Below are positions 19,001 to 30,600 of a stretch of 55,214 nt of DNA, piece by piece. The notes under the pieces were generated by a model, which was not told the DNA's origin, ran no database searches, and was given only the letters and a program-made list of their open reading frames with translations. The stretch is from a virus (Duplodnaviria; Caudoviricetes): the IMG/VR virus record IMGVR_UViG_3300040960_000562, positions 1 through 55,214 of that record. One strand, given 5' to 3'. The position numbers were made by a program, and so were the translations under genes. How positions within the stretch are numbered: the stretch's first letter is position 1; every line of letters begins with the position of its first letter.

Positions 19001-22000
19001 AACATATCCTCTCACAGTTTCACCAACCTGGAATACACCAGATGTCATGGTGATTTCGATAAGTTTTGGAACGATATCCAAACCGCTGGTGCTGTCGAAG
19101 AAGTGATAGTGTCTTGCTAGAGGTCTTAGACCAATAGCCTTAAACAATACGTTTCTTGAGCGGATATGTGGATCTGCTGTAGATGAAGCAAGAACAGTTC
19201 TTGTTCCAACAACTCTAGTAGCACCACCAGAACCACCAACGGTTCTAGTTCCACCATCTCTGACAATGGTTCTTGTCCAACTATCAGTCTTTGGACTTAG
19301 TTCGATAGCACCATTAAACTCAATAACATTAAATGGGTTTACATTCTCAACTCTTGTCGCTAGTGGTTGTTCAATCCAGGACTTTTCAGTATACTTGAGT
19401 GTGATCAAGTCACCAGTCTTTTGGACATTGGAGTCAAGAAGACCTAGATTCTCACTAAAGTTAGCAGTTTCTAAGTTGATTGATGGATCAAGTGCTGGTT
19501 GAGGTGACAGTGAGTGGAAGTCAACAGGTGTGATAAGTTCGTTATCTGAAGTATCAATATCCGCTGTTGTCTGTGCTCTATCCAGTCTTTGGTTATCTTT
19601 AAAGTCATCTACAAAGAAACCAGACTTGAATCTGTCAAGACCATCAACATCTCTGACTTGTAGTGTTTTAGTGTTGAGTTCGAGAAGTGAAAGTGAAGTT
19701 ACAGTTTCTAAGTTCTCAACTCTATCTTCAATCTTTCCAATATCTCTCATCGTATATCTTCTATTATCAACCACAGTGACTACAGCGTCACTGGTGTCAT
19801 AGAGATATGCTGGTAGAGAAATAGTTCCAATCTCCATCGCATCATCACTATTTGATGGTGCTTTTGGATTCTCAGCAGATGCTCCTTTAATAACACTGAA
19901 AGCACCCTCTTTGTTCAGAACTACCTTGTCAATTCTTGGTAGATAGAACTCATATCCAATGAGTGAACTCTCATTTGGAGCAACAACCAGAGTTGGGTTA
20001 ACACCAGCAGTAGCGAATGTTCTGCTGGCAAAGTCAAATGGTGATGCTGTTGTTGATGTGAACTGAGCAACTCTTGGTCTAAAGTCAAGAGTATCTGTTG
20101 CTCTTCTTCCATCACTCATCAATGGAATATCAGTCTTATATCTTTCAGCATTGTATGAGTTTACAGTATACAGGTTTCCAACATCATTGGAAGGAACTGT
20201 ATAGTGGTTAAAGATGATAGTAAGTCTATGTGATGGGACATAGTTATCTTTTGCTCTAACAATTCTGCCGTAATCGTAGAACTGATCTCTAACACCCTTG
20301 TCAAGAGTATATTTGTTGGTAATGTCTTGATAGTTTCCTTCATTTACTGCCTGGACAGTGGAGATGATATTAGACTCACCAAAGGTGGCAACTTCACCAA
20401 CAACAAACTTGTTTGAGTTGAGGTAAACAATCTCAACCTTAGTAGCAGAAGATCTTGTTACGACCTGGGCAATAGCACCGCTAGTAGAACCAACAACTCT
20501 CTCACCAAGAACTGAGTTGGTATTAAGTGCTAGACCCGAAGGGAACTCAATAGAGTCAAGAGTTGGAGCAGACGTGTCATAAGACTCATAGACTGCTAGA
20601 ACTTCTACAACATCTGGGAAGTTGAGGCAAATTTCCTTATCCTGGACTCTTGTGCCATAGTAAGCACTTTCAGTTAGACCACTAATGGCAGTAGATACGC
20701 CAGAAATAGTCTTTGTGATATTGACTTTTTCACTTCTGGTGAAGTTCTTGGTCTTACTTGTGATAGAGTTCTTCTTAACAGTGGTATTAACCGTAACATT
20801 TCCTGACTGGGAAGCAGTTAGACCACTGAAAGTGATAGTTTGACCATTAGAACCAAGTGTAACTTGGTCTGAAGTTAGATCTTCGACAGTTCCATCAGAA
20901 TAGAAGACACCATATCTTTCGGCATCAAACGTCTCAAAGAAGGCACTACTAATACCTGTAGATGAAACGTTAATCGTGAGAGAACCAGTAGCACTTGTTG
21001 TCTGTTGCTTAAGTTGGTTGGACACTAAAAGGTTAGAACCAGCAAGACTTACTGAAGCAATGTTCTCTTCTTCGAGTGGAGCAAACAATCCACCATTGTC
21101 TTCTACTAAAGGAGTAGCAATAGTAAATGTTACATCAGCAGTGCTTCCTGGAAGTCCACCATCACATACACCACTAACATCCTCAACCTGGGCAACAGTC
21201 ATACTGTTGTCTGGGTTTACACTAACAACTCTGTTAAAGGTTTCATCAGCCGTTCCTGGTATCTGATATCTGATGATAGTATCACTCTTGATACCAACAA
21301 AGTTTTTACCTGGACAAGTTACATTACCACCTGTGGTAATTCTAATAGTATCGGCAATACCAAAGTTCTTAGGAAGTTTTCTTTGGAGAACTGAGTCGGC
21401 AATAAAGTCTAGACTCATGTCTGAGTCAATAGAGTCCGAGTTCTGGTAGATAGACTTAACATCCTCAATACCAAAAGTCTGAACTACTCTAATAGATCTA
21501 GAAACCTCACTGGTTCCGTTGATTAGAATTTGTTCACCTTCGATAAACGTTCCAGATGTTTGGATAAGGTTGAGTATAGTGCTTCCACCAGGAGCAGTCT
21601 CAACATAACCAGTAGCACCGCTACTTACACCTTTAATATAAGAACTAGCAGGAACCTGTGTCGTTGTTACAGACTGGTTAAGGGTAATCTTTGTATAAGT
21701 CTGAATATCAAACAGATACAAGTCCCAGTCAGAAGCAGCATTAGAGTAAGTAGCATCAGTTAAACTGAAGGAATAAACTCTTGCTTTACCAATTTCAGTT
21801 CCAGTTGCCGCAGTAGACGATGAACCTCTTCTTTGGTTCTGTAGTCTAACGATATTATTATTGTTATTAACTCCAAGAACAGGAGTTCCCTGAACATTAT
21901 TGACCCTCATTAGAGTGCCAAATTCAAATGGAACTAGAGAAGAAGTGATAGTCTTCTTATCTCTTGGTTTTTCTACATCTAAATTTGTTGTGGAGATAGT

Positions 22001-23101
22001 CTCAATATCATATCCTTTTACATATGCTCTTCCTGGAGATACCTTAACGGTCATCAGATCTTCAGAAGGAGTATTCCCTTGGTCGGTGCTTTGACCTTCA
22101 GAATATACACCACCATTTGAGAGTCCGTTGTTCAGAGACTCATTTACTTCTACACTGAACTCATCTACAGCATAATCTCCAGACTCTTCGAAAGTTCTCT
22201 TAGCAAAGTAGTCTCTGATGAGATTATAACTTGACTTGTTCTGTAGTTTCTTGATCTCACCATTTTCAATTCTGATGAGTTCTACGAAAGTCTTATCATC
22301 GAAGTCTGTTAGGAGTTTCTTAGAAAGTGTTAGAGAGATCTTTAATCTATCAGCACCAGGTGCCGCGTAGTTTGAGTACCCTTTAGCATTATCATACAGT
22401 GAGGTGTCATCCTTGGCGGTTACAATTTCCTCAAGAATGGTTAAACCAACTCTATATGATGAGTCTGCTCTATAAGCATCAAGAACAATTTTATCTTTTT
22501 CTACGTCTACAAAAGTTCCTCTGATGAAGTAAACACCATTGGCAAGACCAACTGCTGTGCCTACTGCAGTAGCATCTTCATCAATAAGAGATGCTACAGT
22601 CTCTCCAGCGTTTACAGTTGTATTTCCGTATGTGAAACCTTCTTCGGTGATAAGAACTTCACCGTCAGTGAATGGAACTACTTCACCAGCATCATTGGCG
22701 TCTAAGTATCTGACAAATAGAGTTAGGTTAGTAATACCCTCAGACTCAGAAACATCGAGCCACTTGTCTACGGTTGCCACAACACCGGACGTTTGACCCC
22801 TCAGTTTCTTGCCGACTAAGTTATTGGCATAAATGTTAACATCAATGCCTAAATGGTCGGCATTGAGTCTTACTGAGTTGTAATTAGCATCAAAGGTTAC
22901 CCCTCCAGGGATAACCATAGAACCTTCCTTAAAGATATGACTTCCAAACGACTCTATCTGATTCTGTAAGATAGACTGGAGAGTTGTTAGTTCTCTCGCC
23001 TGGATTGGATACCCTGGTTTAAATAAAACCCTGTAAAAGTTACTATCCTTATCAAAGTCATCATAGTAAGGGTTTATATTGAGATTCGTTTTCTGTGGCA
23101 T
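16058..23101 (-). CDS. Large virion structural protein (VrlC/DUF4815-like)
   Basis: 2347 aa; NLN..PYYDDF, FKPG.PIQARELT.LQ, APGADR, RFKSGFFVDDF and DPLAQSF motifs. Confidence 0.88.
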   Translation of the reverse strand: MPQKTNLNINPYYDDFDKDSNFYRVLFKPGYPIQARELTTLQSILQNQIESFGSHIFKEGSMVIPGGVTFDANYNSVRLNADHLGIDVNIYANNLVGKKLRGQTSGVVATVDKWLDVSESEGITNLTLFVRYLDANDAGEVVPFTDGEVLITEEGFTYGNTTVNAGETVASLIDEDATAVGTAVGLANGVYFIRGTFVDVEKDKIVLDAYRADSSYRVGLTILEEIVTAKDDTSLYDNAKGYSNYAAPGADRLKISLTLSKKLLTDFDDKTFVELIRIENGEIKKLQNKSSYNLIRDYFAKRTFEESGDYAVDEFSVEVNESLNNGLSNGGVYSEGQSTDQGNTPSEDLMTVKVSPGRAYVKGYDIETISTTNLDVEKPRDKKTITSSLVPFEFGTLMRVNNVQGTPVLGVNNNNNIVRLQNQRRGSSSTAATGTEIGKARVYSFSLTDATYSNAASDWDLYLFDIQTYTKITLNQSVTTTQVPASSYIKGVSSGATGYVETAPGGSTILNLIQTSGTFIEGEQILINGTSEVSRSIRVVQTFGIEDVKSIYQNSDSIDSDMSLDFIADSVLQRKLPKNFGIADTIRITTGGNVTCPGKNFVGIKSDTIIRYQIPGTADETFNRVVSVNPDNSMTVAQVEDVSGVCDGGLPGSTADVTFTIATPLVEDNGGLFAPLEEENIASVSLAGSNLLVSNQLKQQTTSATGSLTINVSSTGISSAFFETFDAERYGVFYSDGTVEDLTSDQVTLGSNGQTITFSGLTASQSGNVTVNTTVKKNSITSKTKNFTRSEKVNITKTISGVSTAISGLTESAYYGTRVQDKEICLNFPDVVEVLAVYESYDTSAPTLDSIEFPSGLALNTNSVLGERVVGSTSGAIAQVVTRSSATKVEIVYLNSNKFVVGEVATFGESNIISTVQAVNEGNYQDITNKYTLDKGVRDQFYDYGRIVRAKDNYVPSHRLTIIFNHYTVPSNDVGNLYTVNSYNAERYKTDIPLMSDGRRATDTLDFRPRVAQFTSTTASPFDFASRTFATAGVNPTLVVAPNESSLIGYEFYLPRIDKVVLNKEGAFSVIKGASAENPKAPSNSDDAMEIGTISLPAYLYDTSDAVVTVVDNRRYTMRDIGKIEDRVENLETVTSLSLLELNTKTLQVRDVDGLDRFKSGFFVDDFKDNQRLDRAQTTADIDTSDNELITPVDFHSLSPQPALDPSINLETANFSENLGLLDSNVQKTGDLITLKYTEKSWIEQPLATRVENVNPFNVIEFNGAIELSPKTDSWTRTIVRDGGTRTVGGSGGATRVVGTRTVLASSTADPHIRSRNVLFKAIGLRPLARHYHFFDSTSGLDIVPKLIEITMTSGVFQVGETVRGYVGGTNLFTCRVVQPNHKTGPGGNPTTTFSLNPYNKSITLPVSYSASSTVLNVDVEALQEEVLGKYNGYLTTGMVLLGETSGAQASVANIRLVADTFGDIYGSMFFRNPLASPPPPLRFTTGTKTFRLTSSATNEEQLPGSTLISSAETNYTTTGRINIFERVTEVERYDPLAQSFTVDETGAFMTGIDVFFANKDESEKLFVELRTVELGIPTKNLVTEYSRVTLDPSEIQTSRDASVATNIKFPSPVYLEADTEYAVVLLSPYSDLYEVWIARMGEKTVNTSTLPDAESVIATKQYVGGSLFKSQNGTIWTANQFEDLKFKLYKASFTTTPGVAYFYNPSLGTRDTNVGQLNENSIKTLPRKLKVGITTTTAMDTILGIGRKVSDSTSASAISGYIEQVGGQLDTSFTNRVGAGYSDGTFTDVSFYSITGNGSGATGIVTFASGVVSGNPAITLAGNGYVVGDILGITTSDVAKGKNAQISVNSIGGKDTLFLTNVQGEEFTAGQDLIVYSDTNTAVAYANTDIRNSAVISNLYDGRVIEVTQPNHGMHADNNVVVLADLEPDTIPTTLNAELGISDTTISVGNTSLFATFEGISTSQGYLKVNNEIIFYNAITAGGGGAGTLGIGTRGIDSSLTRKHNINDKVYPYELNGISLTRINTQHNLPSDTALKNKRDFDTYHLQISRGSRTSGDNQLSFTDENTVGGNGASASKNIQFNRVDPQFSVLTPGESTSLSAQIRTVSGTSAGGSEVSFIDQGYETVELNNVNELTTSRLVASQINETTRLTSLPKNKSFTLGLTMGTGDPNLSPAVNVSTASVVFGRNRLNNPVSDYAYDGRVNLVQEDPHSAVYATGIVRLQQPATSLKVLVSSYRHSSADFRVLYQLFRADSNGVEQAYELFPGYDNLTDTNGDGYGDKVIDSTLNNGRADAFVRSSNDGEFLEYQFSADELEQFNAFRVKIVMSGTNEARAPRFKDLRTIALA

Positions 23102-23104
23102 TTT

Positions 23105-24652
23105 TTAGAATTCCAGGATAATTTTAACGTCTTCTTTTTGTCTAGAATTTCTGGAGATAGCGGGACGATTGTCGATGTAAACAATATCCCCTGACCCTTT
23201 ATTTATCTCAGGATTGGCAACCCCGTTTGTAAACTGAGTCCCAAGTGAGATGAGTTTTGTTCCAGTTGGGTTGGTGCTAATACCAGTAAACCCAGTATCA
23301 ACAGAACCAGAGAAACCTCCAGTCGATGTTACAGCATTTGCGTTTGAGGCAAAGTTATAAAGTTTAGCGTTTGTCGAAACACCAACGTAGTCAGTAGCAT
23401 CAAAAAATGTTTGGTTCAGGAATGAATTTCTATCTTGGAAATACTTTAGAACCTTAGTTTCAGTGTCATATGAAGCAACATATCCCTTGGCAGTGCCACC
23501 AGTAACTGCCTGACTAATCTTAGTTCCAACTGAAACTGTTCCAGTAACAGATGAGAACTTAATAGCACCAAGAGAAGAGAACTGGTTTTCAGTAAATACG
23601 TTAGTTGACCCAATAGATGTTGGGTTCTTTACGATACCTATCTGACCAAATGTAACGTCAGTTGGGAAGTCTCTAGTCGAGTCATCGAATCTGGCATAAA
23701 CTAGAACCTTGTCGGCACCAAGTTCTTTGTAAATGTCATATCCATGTCCCTTTGATGGTGGGATGATGGGGATAAGTTTTGCCTTAGTTGATGAACTTGC
23801 GTTAATAGAACCCAAGTCAACCATACCGTAGGTATAGTCTTTACCACCAGAAGAAACAACTGTATTTGTTACCTTTCCGTTAGCATCAACATCTACAATA
23901 ACTTTTCCACCACTTCCATCACCCAAAATGTTCAGTTCATGAGAACCTTGGGAATATCCAAGACCTTGTAAGTCAATATAAACTTTCTTTATCTGGTTTT
24001 CGTTCGTGTCTGAGTCACCATTATTTCTTACAGCAGAAATCTGAGCGTTAGTGGAAGTTGCCCAGTCACTAGGTAGAGAAATATATTCAGTGGAGTCAAA
24101 CTTGATGATATCGCTTGGGGAAACGGTATAAAGATACTTCCACAGATATCCATCACCACTAACACCTGCCTTAGAAGGTTCTAGGTCAGTGAATGTTGGT
24201 TCGTCAAGAGACGCATTTCCAGAAGTGTTGATTCCAGAAGAACCATTATCAATACAAATATAGACTTTATACTCACTATTCATCACATAATAGTTTGAAT
24301 CATAAAGTCTTGACGACTTTGTAGTTGGTGAAAGATTTGTCAAACTATAGTCATGACGATACATTTCATATTTCGTTCCTCTCGCCCAGTCAATCCTTCT
24401 AATAAGTCTTCTAACATTGGCAGAAGTTACCTTCTTGCCGAAAGACATATTATCACCAATAAAATTCTGATAATCGAAGTTATCAGTGGGATTCGGTGTA
24501 TTGGTATCCCAATCAGTAGTCCTTCCATACCCAACAACTGCTGGGTTGGAAAGACCTACGAAGACATAATATGAGTTAGAAGAATTGGTGACGGAATCTA
24601 CAAAATTTCCCGCGTTTAATATTCTAAACTGATCTGTTACAATTGCCGCCAT
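23105..24652 (-). CDS. g8: Baseplate wedge subunit
   Basis: 515 aa; YYVMNSEYKVY.CIDN, DGYLWKYLY and YIDNR...R...QKEDVKIILEF motifs. Confidence 0.93.
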   Translation of the reverse strand: MAAIVTDQFRILNAGNFVDSVTNSSNSYYVFVGLSNPAVVGYGRTTDWDTNTPNPTDNFDYQNFIGDNMSFGKKVTSANVRRLIRRIDWARGTKYEMYRHDYSLTNLSPTTKSSRLYDSNYYVMNSEYKVYICIDNGSSGINTSGNASLDEPTFTDLEPSKAGVSGDGYLWKYLYTVSPSDIIKFDSTEYISLPSDWATSTNAQISAVRNNGDSDTNENQIKKVYIDLQGLGYSQGSHELNILGDGSGGKVIVDVDANGKVTNTVVSSGGKDYTYGMVDLGSINASSSTKAKLIPIIPPSKGHGYDIYKELGADKVLVYARFDDSTRDFPTDVTFGQIGIVKNPTSIGSTNVFTENQFSSLGAIKFSSVTGTVSVGTKISQAVTGGTAKGYVASYDTETKVLKYFQDRNSFLNQTFFDATDYVGVSTNAKLYNFASNANAVTSTGGFSGSVDTGFTGISTNPTGTKLISLGTQFTNGVANPEINKGSGDIVYIDNRPAISRNSRQKEDVKIILEF

Positions 24653-24670
24653 CGTAATAGCTTTTTTCTA

Positions 24671-24678
24671 TATTTATA
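24671..24678 (-). promoter_or_regulatory. T4-type late promoter TATAAATA
   Basis: Perfect match between g7 and g8. Confidence 0.8.
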
Positions 24679-24679
24679 A

Positions 24680-27600
24680 CTATCCTAGATCCTTCCTCAG
24701 GGCACCACCATCTCTTAATCCGTAACCACGTCGTTGGATAGTTGGGAATGTAGAGAGTCCAGAGTCAACAGTCAGACCTGTAACTGCGATAGAAACAGGT
24801 GAAGATGACCTTGAGAACCCAGAAAGTCTACCCCAAGAGAAGTATCCGCGTGGGTCAGTTGCGCTTCCAGAAGTCGAAAGACCAGCAACAGATGTTGTAG
24901 AGAGGATGTTACAAGTAGCAACACCAGTGGTTGATGATGAATGGAAGTCGTTGATAATATAAACGTTATCTAGGAATGATGTTCCAATACCAACAACAGA
25001 AGAGTCAGAACCATTGATAGAAGTTACTCCAGAACCAATGCTTGTGTTAAAGACATAGATTGGATATCCTGCCTGAAGACCAGTGAACGATGAAGCATTC
25101 AGAGTAAACTTGAGTGCGAGAGCATTTCCACCAGTTCCAACGGTTGTTCCAATTCCTGTGACTGTTCCAGCAAAACCAGCAACAGCAGTAATACCAGAAA
25201 GATTCTCAACAGAAACTTTGGGGAATGAGGTGAGAACTTGTGGTGGAGCAGTATGGGTATAACCAAAACCAGCATTTGTGATGCTGAGAGCAGAAATAGA
25301 ACCGTTTGTAATAGTTGCGGTGGCGGTAGCAGTTGTTCCTACGCCAACTCCAACTGCCTTAGGAGCAGAGATCTTAACATCAGTTGAGGCACCAACATAA
25401 CCAGAACCACCACTGGTGATAGTGAAGGAACTGATAGTTCCAGCAGCAGAGACAACTGCGGTTATCGCAGCAGCAACAGGGTCTGTCGTTGTATTGACAA
25501 TAAGACCATTTACACTGGTGATATTAATAGAAGACTCATTTTCTTCATAGTTAAAGAACTGTGCGTCATCTACGAATATTTCAGTTGCTGAAGTCGATAG
25601 GTCACCAATGATCTTTGCTGTTGGATAAACTTGAGACTCGATAGAATCTCTAGACTTGTAGATGAGTTCTCCACCAAGGTTCTTATCTACCTTTTGTTTT
25701 GTCCAACTGAATGGTTTGTAGTTGGCATCATCAATGCCCAGACCACTGTAAATGTTAGTCTCAACTTTGTCTGAAGCATTAATATTGTAGATAGTTCTTG
25801 GATCCTGAAGGAGACTGTTCTCAGTCTTCTGGAGTTGGATGATATCACCAACCTTGATAGTTTCATTGATATCAACGATTATGCTATCAACGTCACGAGT
25901 TCCCATGTAGAAGAAGATATCAATGTTATCATTTGATGTAGGTGCTGTAGTGAAGGTGATAGAAGTTCCACCTTCGAAGTTATAATGGATGTTTGGATCC
26001 TGGAGAACACCATTTACATAGATGAGGAGGAGTGACTCAAGATCAATAGCAGCAGAATCAACATTGTCTGGATCTGTCTCAAAACTTACCAGTTCACCGT
26101 TATAGTTGAGTGGGAATCTCTTTCTGGTTCCATTTTGTAGACTTGCGATAGAGTCGATGTAATCGAGTTGACCAAACTGCCAAGCAGCAAAGTTGTCGTC
26201 GAATACCTCAAGAACTTCGATTTCGAAGTCATTGATAGGTGCTGCCAGGTGTCTGGCAGTTACCAAACCAACTGGTTTAAACTTATCACCCTTTCTGAAT
26301 CCCCAACCAGGTCTTGTGATCTTAAAGTTGGTTACTTCGAAGAGTGTAGAACCGATGCCAACATTGGTTGTAGCAGCGCCAACTTCTACGTTGAGAAGCA
26401 GACCACTTCCAGTGTCAGTAGTTGCTCCAATACCAAGGCGAGAAACGCCAACGACTGATAGATTTTCGTAGTTTGGTTCAGGTATTTCGATGACAGGGTT
26501 AGAACTATAACCAGAACCACCATCACTTACAGTGAAGGATAGTGTTCCACCAGCACCAACAGTAGCAGTGATGGTTGCTGCGTTTCCAGAATGGTTTGGA
26601 TCGGTTACTCCAATAGAAACTGTTCCACGGTATCCAGAACCAACAATGTCAGTAGAACCGAGACCAACTGACTGAATAACTCCACCAGAAACAAATGCTG
26701 TTACAGAAGCACCAACCAGAGGAGCAAAACCAAGACCTTGAGTAGAACCAAGGGAAACGATCAAACCACCTCTTGGCAGTAGGTTCTGGTTTACATCGTA
26801 GTCGGAGATAAAGGTGGCATTATTGACTCCAGTGAACACTACACTAGAAATACCAGCATTTTCGATGAAACTATAGTTACCACCAACGTTATTTGATGTT
26901 GTTGGGGTTTGGAACATGTTATTGATGAATACCAGTCCACTACCAGTCTCAATACCAGTTGTATTTGCTCCACCAACAGTTAGTCTGTAAGTAGCACCAA
27001 TACCAGTGAACTGTCTCGTGATGTTATCATAAATTTGGTTCGTAGAGTAGTCTTGTCTGAGATAGACTCTTCCTCCGAACGTAGACTTAGTATAAGGAAT
27101 GTTACTTTCATCGACCAACTCTTGAGTATTGCCTCTAGGTGCTTCAGTGAAGTGAATCTGACTTCTTGTCATGTTGTAAGAACCCTGATAGAGTCTGAGA
27201 GTTGCTCCATCAGTGTGGGTTGTTGCTAGAGTTCCAACGAAACCTCTTTCAGTCTTGACAACATTAAAAGAACCAGAACCAGTGATAGGTCCAATAGTTG
27301 TTGTTCCAAGTCCAACAGCATCAACTTTCATATATTCATTATCAATCTTGAGAACATCGCCAGGGATGATGGAAGAAATACCAGAGACACCAAAGTATGT
27401 TGCTCCAACAGAGATAGAACCACCATTGTCACTTAGAGTGTGATTAACTGGGGTATATGCCAGAGGAGCTCTTCCAACACCATCAATAGTGATAAGAGAC
27501 TTCTCTAGTTTCTTAAACATTTCGAGAGTGTGTCCATTACCACTTCCAGCAGAACTGAATGTTACCGCAGTTCCAGCATTTGCGTTTGCCCGACTTGTAG

Positions 27601-30600
27601 CAAGTTTAAACTCATTATTATTGATCTTGATAGCATAAACATCCGTTGGAAGAACATTTGTATCAGACATTACCATTGAGGTATATGCCCCACCAACAAA
27701 TGTTGTTCTTGGGTTGTATATTAGTCTTTCTCCAGTGCTGAAGAAGTGATCACTAATAGTGAATACGCCAGTGCCAAGATTGACTACCGTTGAGATGTCA
27801 GGGTTAAACTGCTTCTCAAAGATAGGAGTTCCATTGTGCTTCAGCTCAAAGTCAAACTTGTTTGTTCTATCTCCATTAATAGAGTCAAACTGTGCGGTAA
27901 CTAGTTTCTCATTTACAGTTCCATAAGAGAGAACGGCAGGAATATTGAGAAGATCCTTTTCAGTCTGGATGACTTCACTATACAATTGAACGGTAATATC
28001 GTTATTGATATTAGAGTCTGGATAGAATACCAGATCTAGGTTGCTTCCAGAAACTTTAGAACCAAAAGTACCAATACCAGATGTGCTTCCGATGGAAATG
28101 AATGGATACTGCATCGTGAAGGCATTGTTGTTATTGTGGTTAAACAATACCTGATGTAGTGCCGAAGTGTTTCCATATGAAACTCTGGCGGTTGACTTCA
28201 CAGTAGTAACATCAGACCTCAGATAAGTCAGTACTGTGGAAATGCCAGTACCAGAGAATATTGAGTAGTTTGCCTCAAGTCTACCTTCTCTTACGGCAAC
28301 GTCTGGTTGTCCAGATGCCTTAAAGATATGAGTTCCAATGCCAGCAGCAGTTGTACCGAAACCAACAACTCTTGATCTAACAAGTACATCATTAGACTCA
28401 GTATTCTCAAACTTGAGTGAAAGAACACCAGAACTTATGTTGCTGATAAATGTTCCAATGAAGTTATTGGAGATTTGAGAACCAACATTGTTATCGAAGA
28501 AGAAGTCTGACTTGTAAGTATCGGTTCCATCGTGGTCGATGAACATATCAACCACAGTCTTATCTTTGGTTATCGTGTCGGTTAGTTCGACGATAGCAAA
28601 TACAGACTCAGTTGTCACCGTAGTTGCTTCATAAACTGTAGAAGTATTTCCAGAACCAACGGTAATATTGGAACCAATCAGGTTAATGAAACCAACAGAC
28701 TGAGTATTGATGCCTGTTAGGGTAGTGTTAAAGTTATTCTTAATAAACTTAACATCATAGTCAGAGTTATATGGATCGGCAGGAGTGAATCTCAACTTAA
28801 CATTACCAAATGAATCCTTGATTGCCTGAAGGTCAGCAAGTTGATCGGCACTATTGTAGATAGATCCCTTTTCTACCGTTATCAGTTCATCACTTGGAGT
28901 GTTGAGAACTATAAGTTCGGTTGCTTGTCTATTATTATTGTTTGGATTGATTATCTGAACAAAGTATCTGCTATATCCATCATTAGCAATGAAACTATCA
29001 ATGTCTCTGTACAAGGTTGTATTTGCGTCCTCAGAATTAGAGAACTGATCATTAAAGTTGTCAATAGTTAGAACACGGTTTGTTCTACACTCAATATAGT
29101 CTGCTAGTTTGGTATTTTGCAGTTTTACAAACTTGGACTTATTGGAAGTAACATCAACATCAATACCAAAGTCGAAGAAGTTGACAGTATCTACTCTTCT
29201 TTCACTGATTAGGTCAATGAGTGCGGTACTGGTCGAAGTTGTGCTCGTGGCAACAGATACCTTACCCTCACTGGTAATTCCAGTATCAGCAAAGTTCTTA
29301 AGACCAGAAGAGTGTAGAAGTCTGTTAACTGGATCAACCCAGTCTTCATATTCGATAGGACTCTTAATAGAATAGGAAAGATTCTGATAATAGTCATTAT
29401 CTGGAAGAACTTGATAGTCCTCATCCAACTTACCAGTATCAGTTGCCCAACCATAGTCAGTTTCTAGACCATAGTTTACCTTAAATATACCCTTGTTTTC
29501 TGTAATGGACTTAATAGTTGCTACAGTGCCAGAGTCCTTACCAACTATAACTTGATTCTCACTCAAAGTATAAGTTCCATATACCTTGATAGAGTCATTC
29601 AGGTTATCGGTGATGACAAGATCTCTTTCGGTATAAGTTGTTCCAGACTTGGTGAATAGTGTTTCACCGATGATGAAAGCACTTGCTTCTTGAGTTACAT
29701 TAAATACTGGATAGTTATTCTTATTGACCAGGAACGCGAATGAGTTCTGGGATGTATCTGCTACACCAGCATTAGTAGCATATGGTGAGATATCAAACTC
29801 AACTTCTGCTGGGTTTGTATTTCTGTAAGCAGTTACTTTAAAGAAGTTGTAAGCGTAGTCTGCTGAGTTAAAACCAGTTCCAGTAGTCGATGCTAGTGAA
29901 ATAGATTCTGCAAATACAAAGTCACCAACGGCAAATGGTGCTGTAGCAGTTGTGAAACCGCTTACAGGAGTTGATAATACGCAAGTAACGATACCCGCTG
30001 GTGAGGAGAAGATGCTGTTAATACCAACACCATTGCTATTGTTGATAGCGTATATCTCAGACTCTACTTCAGAGATACCCTTAGGTGACTCAAGAATCTC
30101 AACGGAAGAGATAGATGAACCCTGGACCTTTGCTATGACCAGTCCTGTGTCATAAGCAGTTCCTGTTGATGGGTTGACGATGACAAGATCTGGAACTGAA
30201 GTATATCCAGAACCACCAGAAGTCACATCAATGCTAGTAATGGAGTTTCTATTTACTACGGTGATATTTGGTGAGATATAAACTTCTGGGTTAAGTGTCT
30301 TGTCAGCAGAGAAGTCAAAACCTGGGTCCTGAATAGTGACTTGGTTGATTCTTCCCAGAGTAGTAGATGTTGGAATGATATCAGCATTTTCACCGATAGA
30401 AGAAGCAATACTTACAAACCTTGGAAGTTTCTTATAGTTGGCACCACCAAAGGTAATTCTCATGGAGTCTACACCACCAAGAGCTCTTGGTGAAGAAGTA
30501 GAATACTTAAGAACACTTGTATCAGACTGGTTATACTGAAGATCTTCAGGAACAGCACCTAGAGAGATATCGAATGTAGTTGACCCAATACCAGAGACGG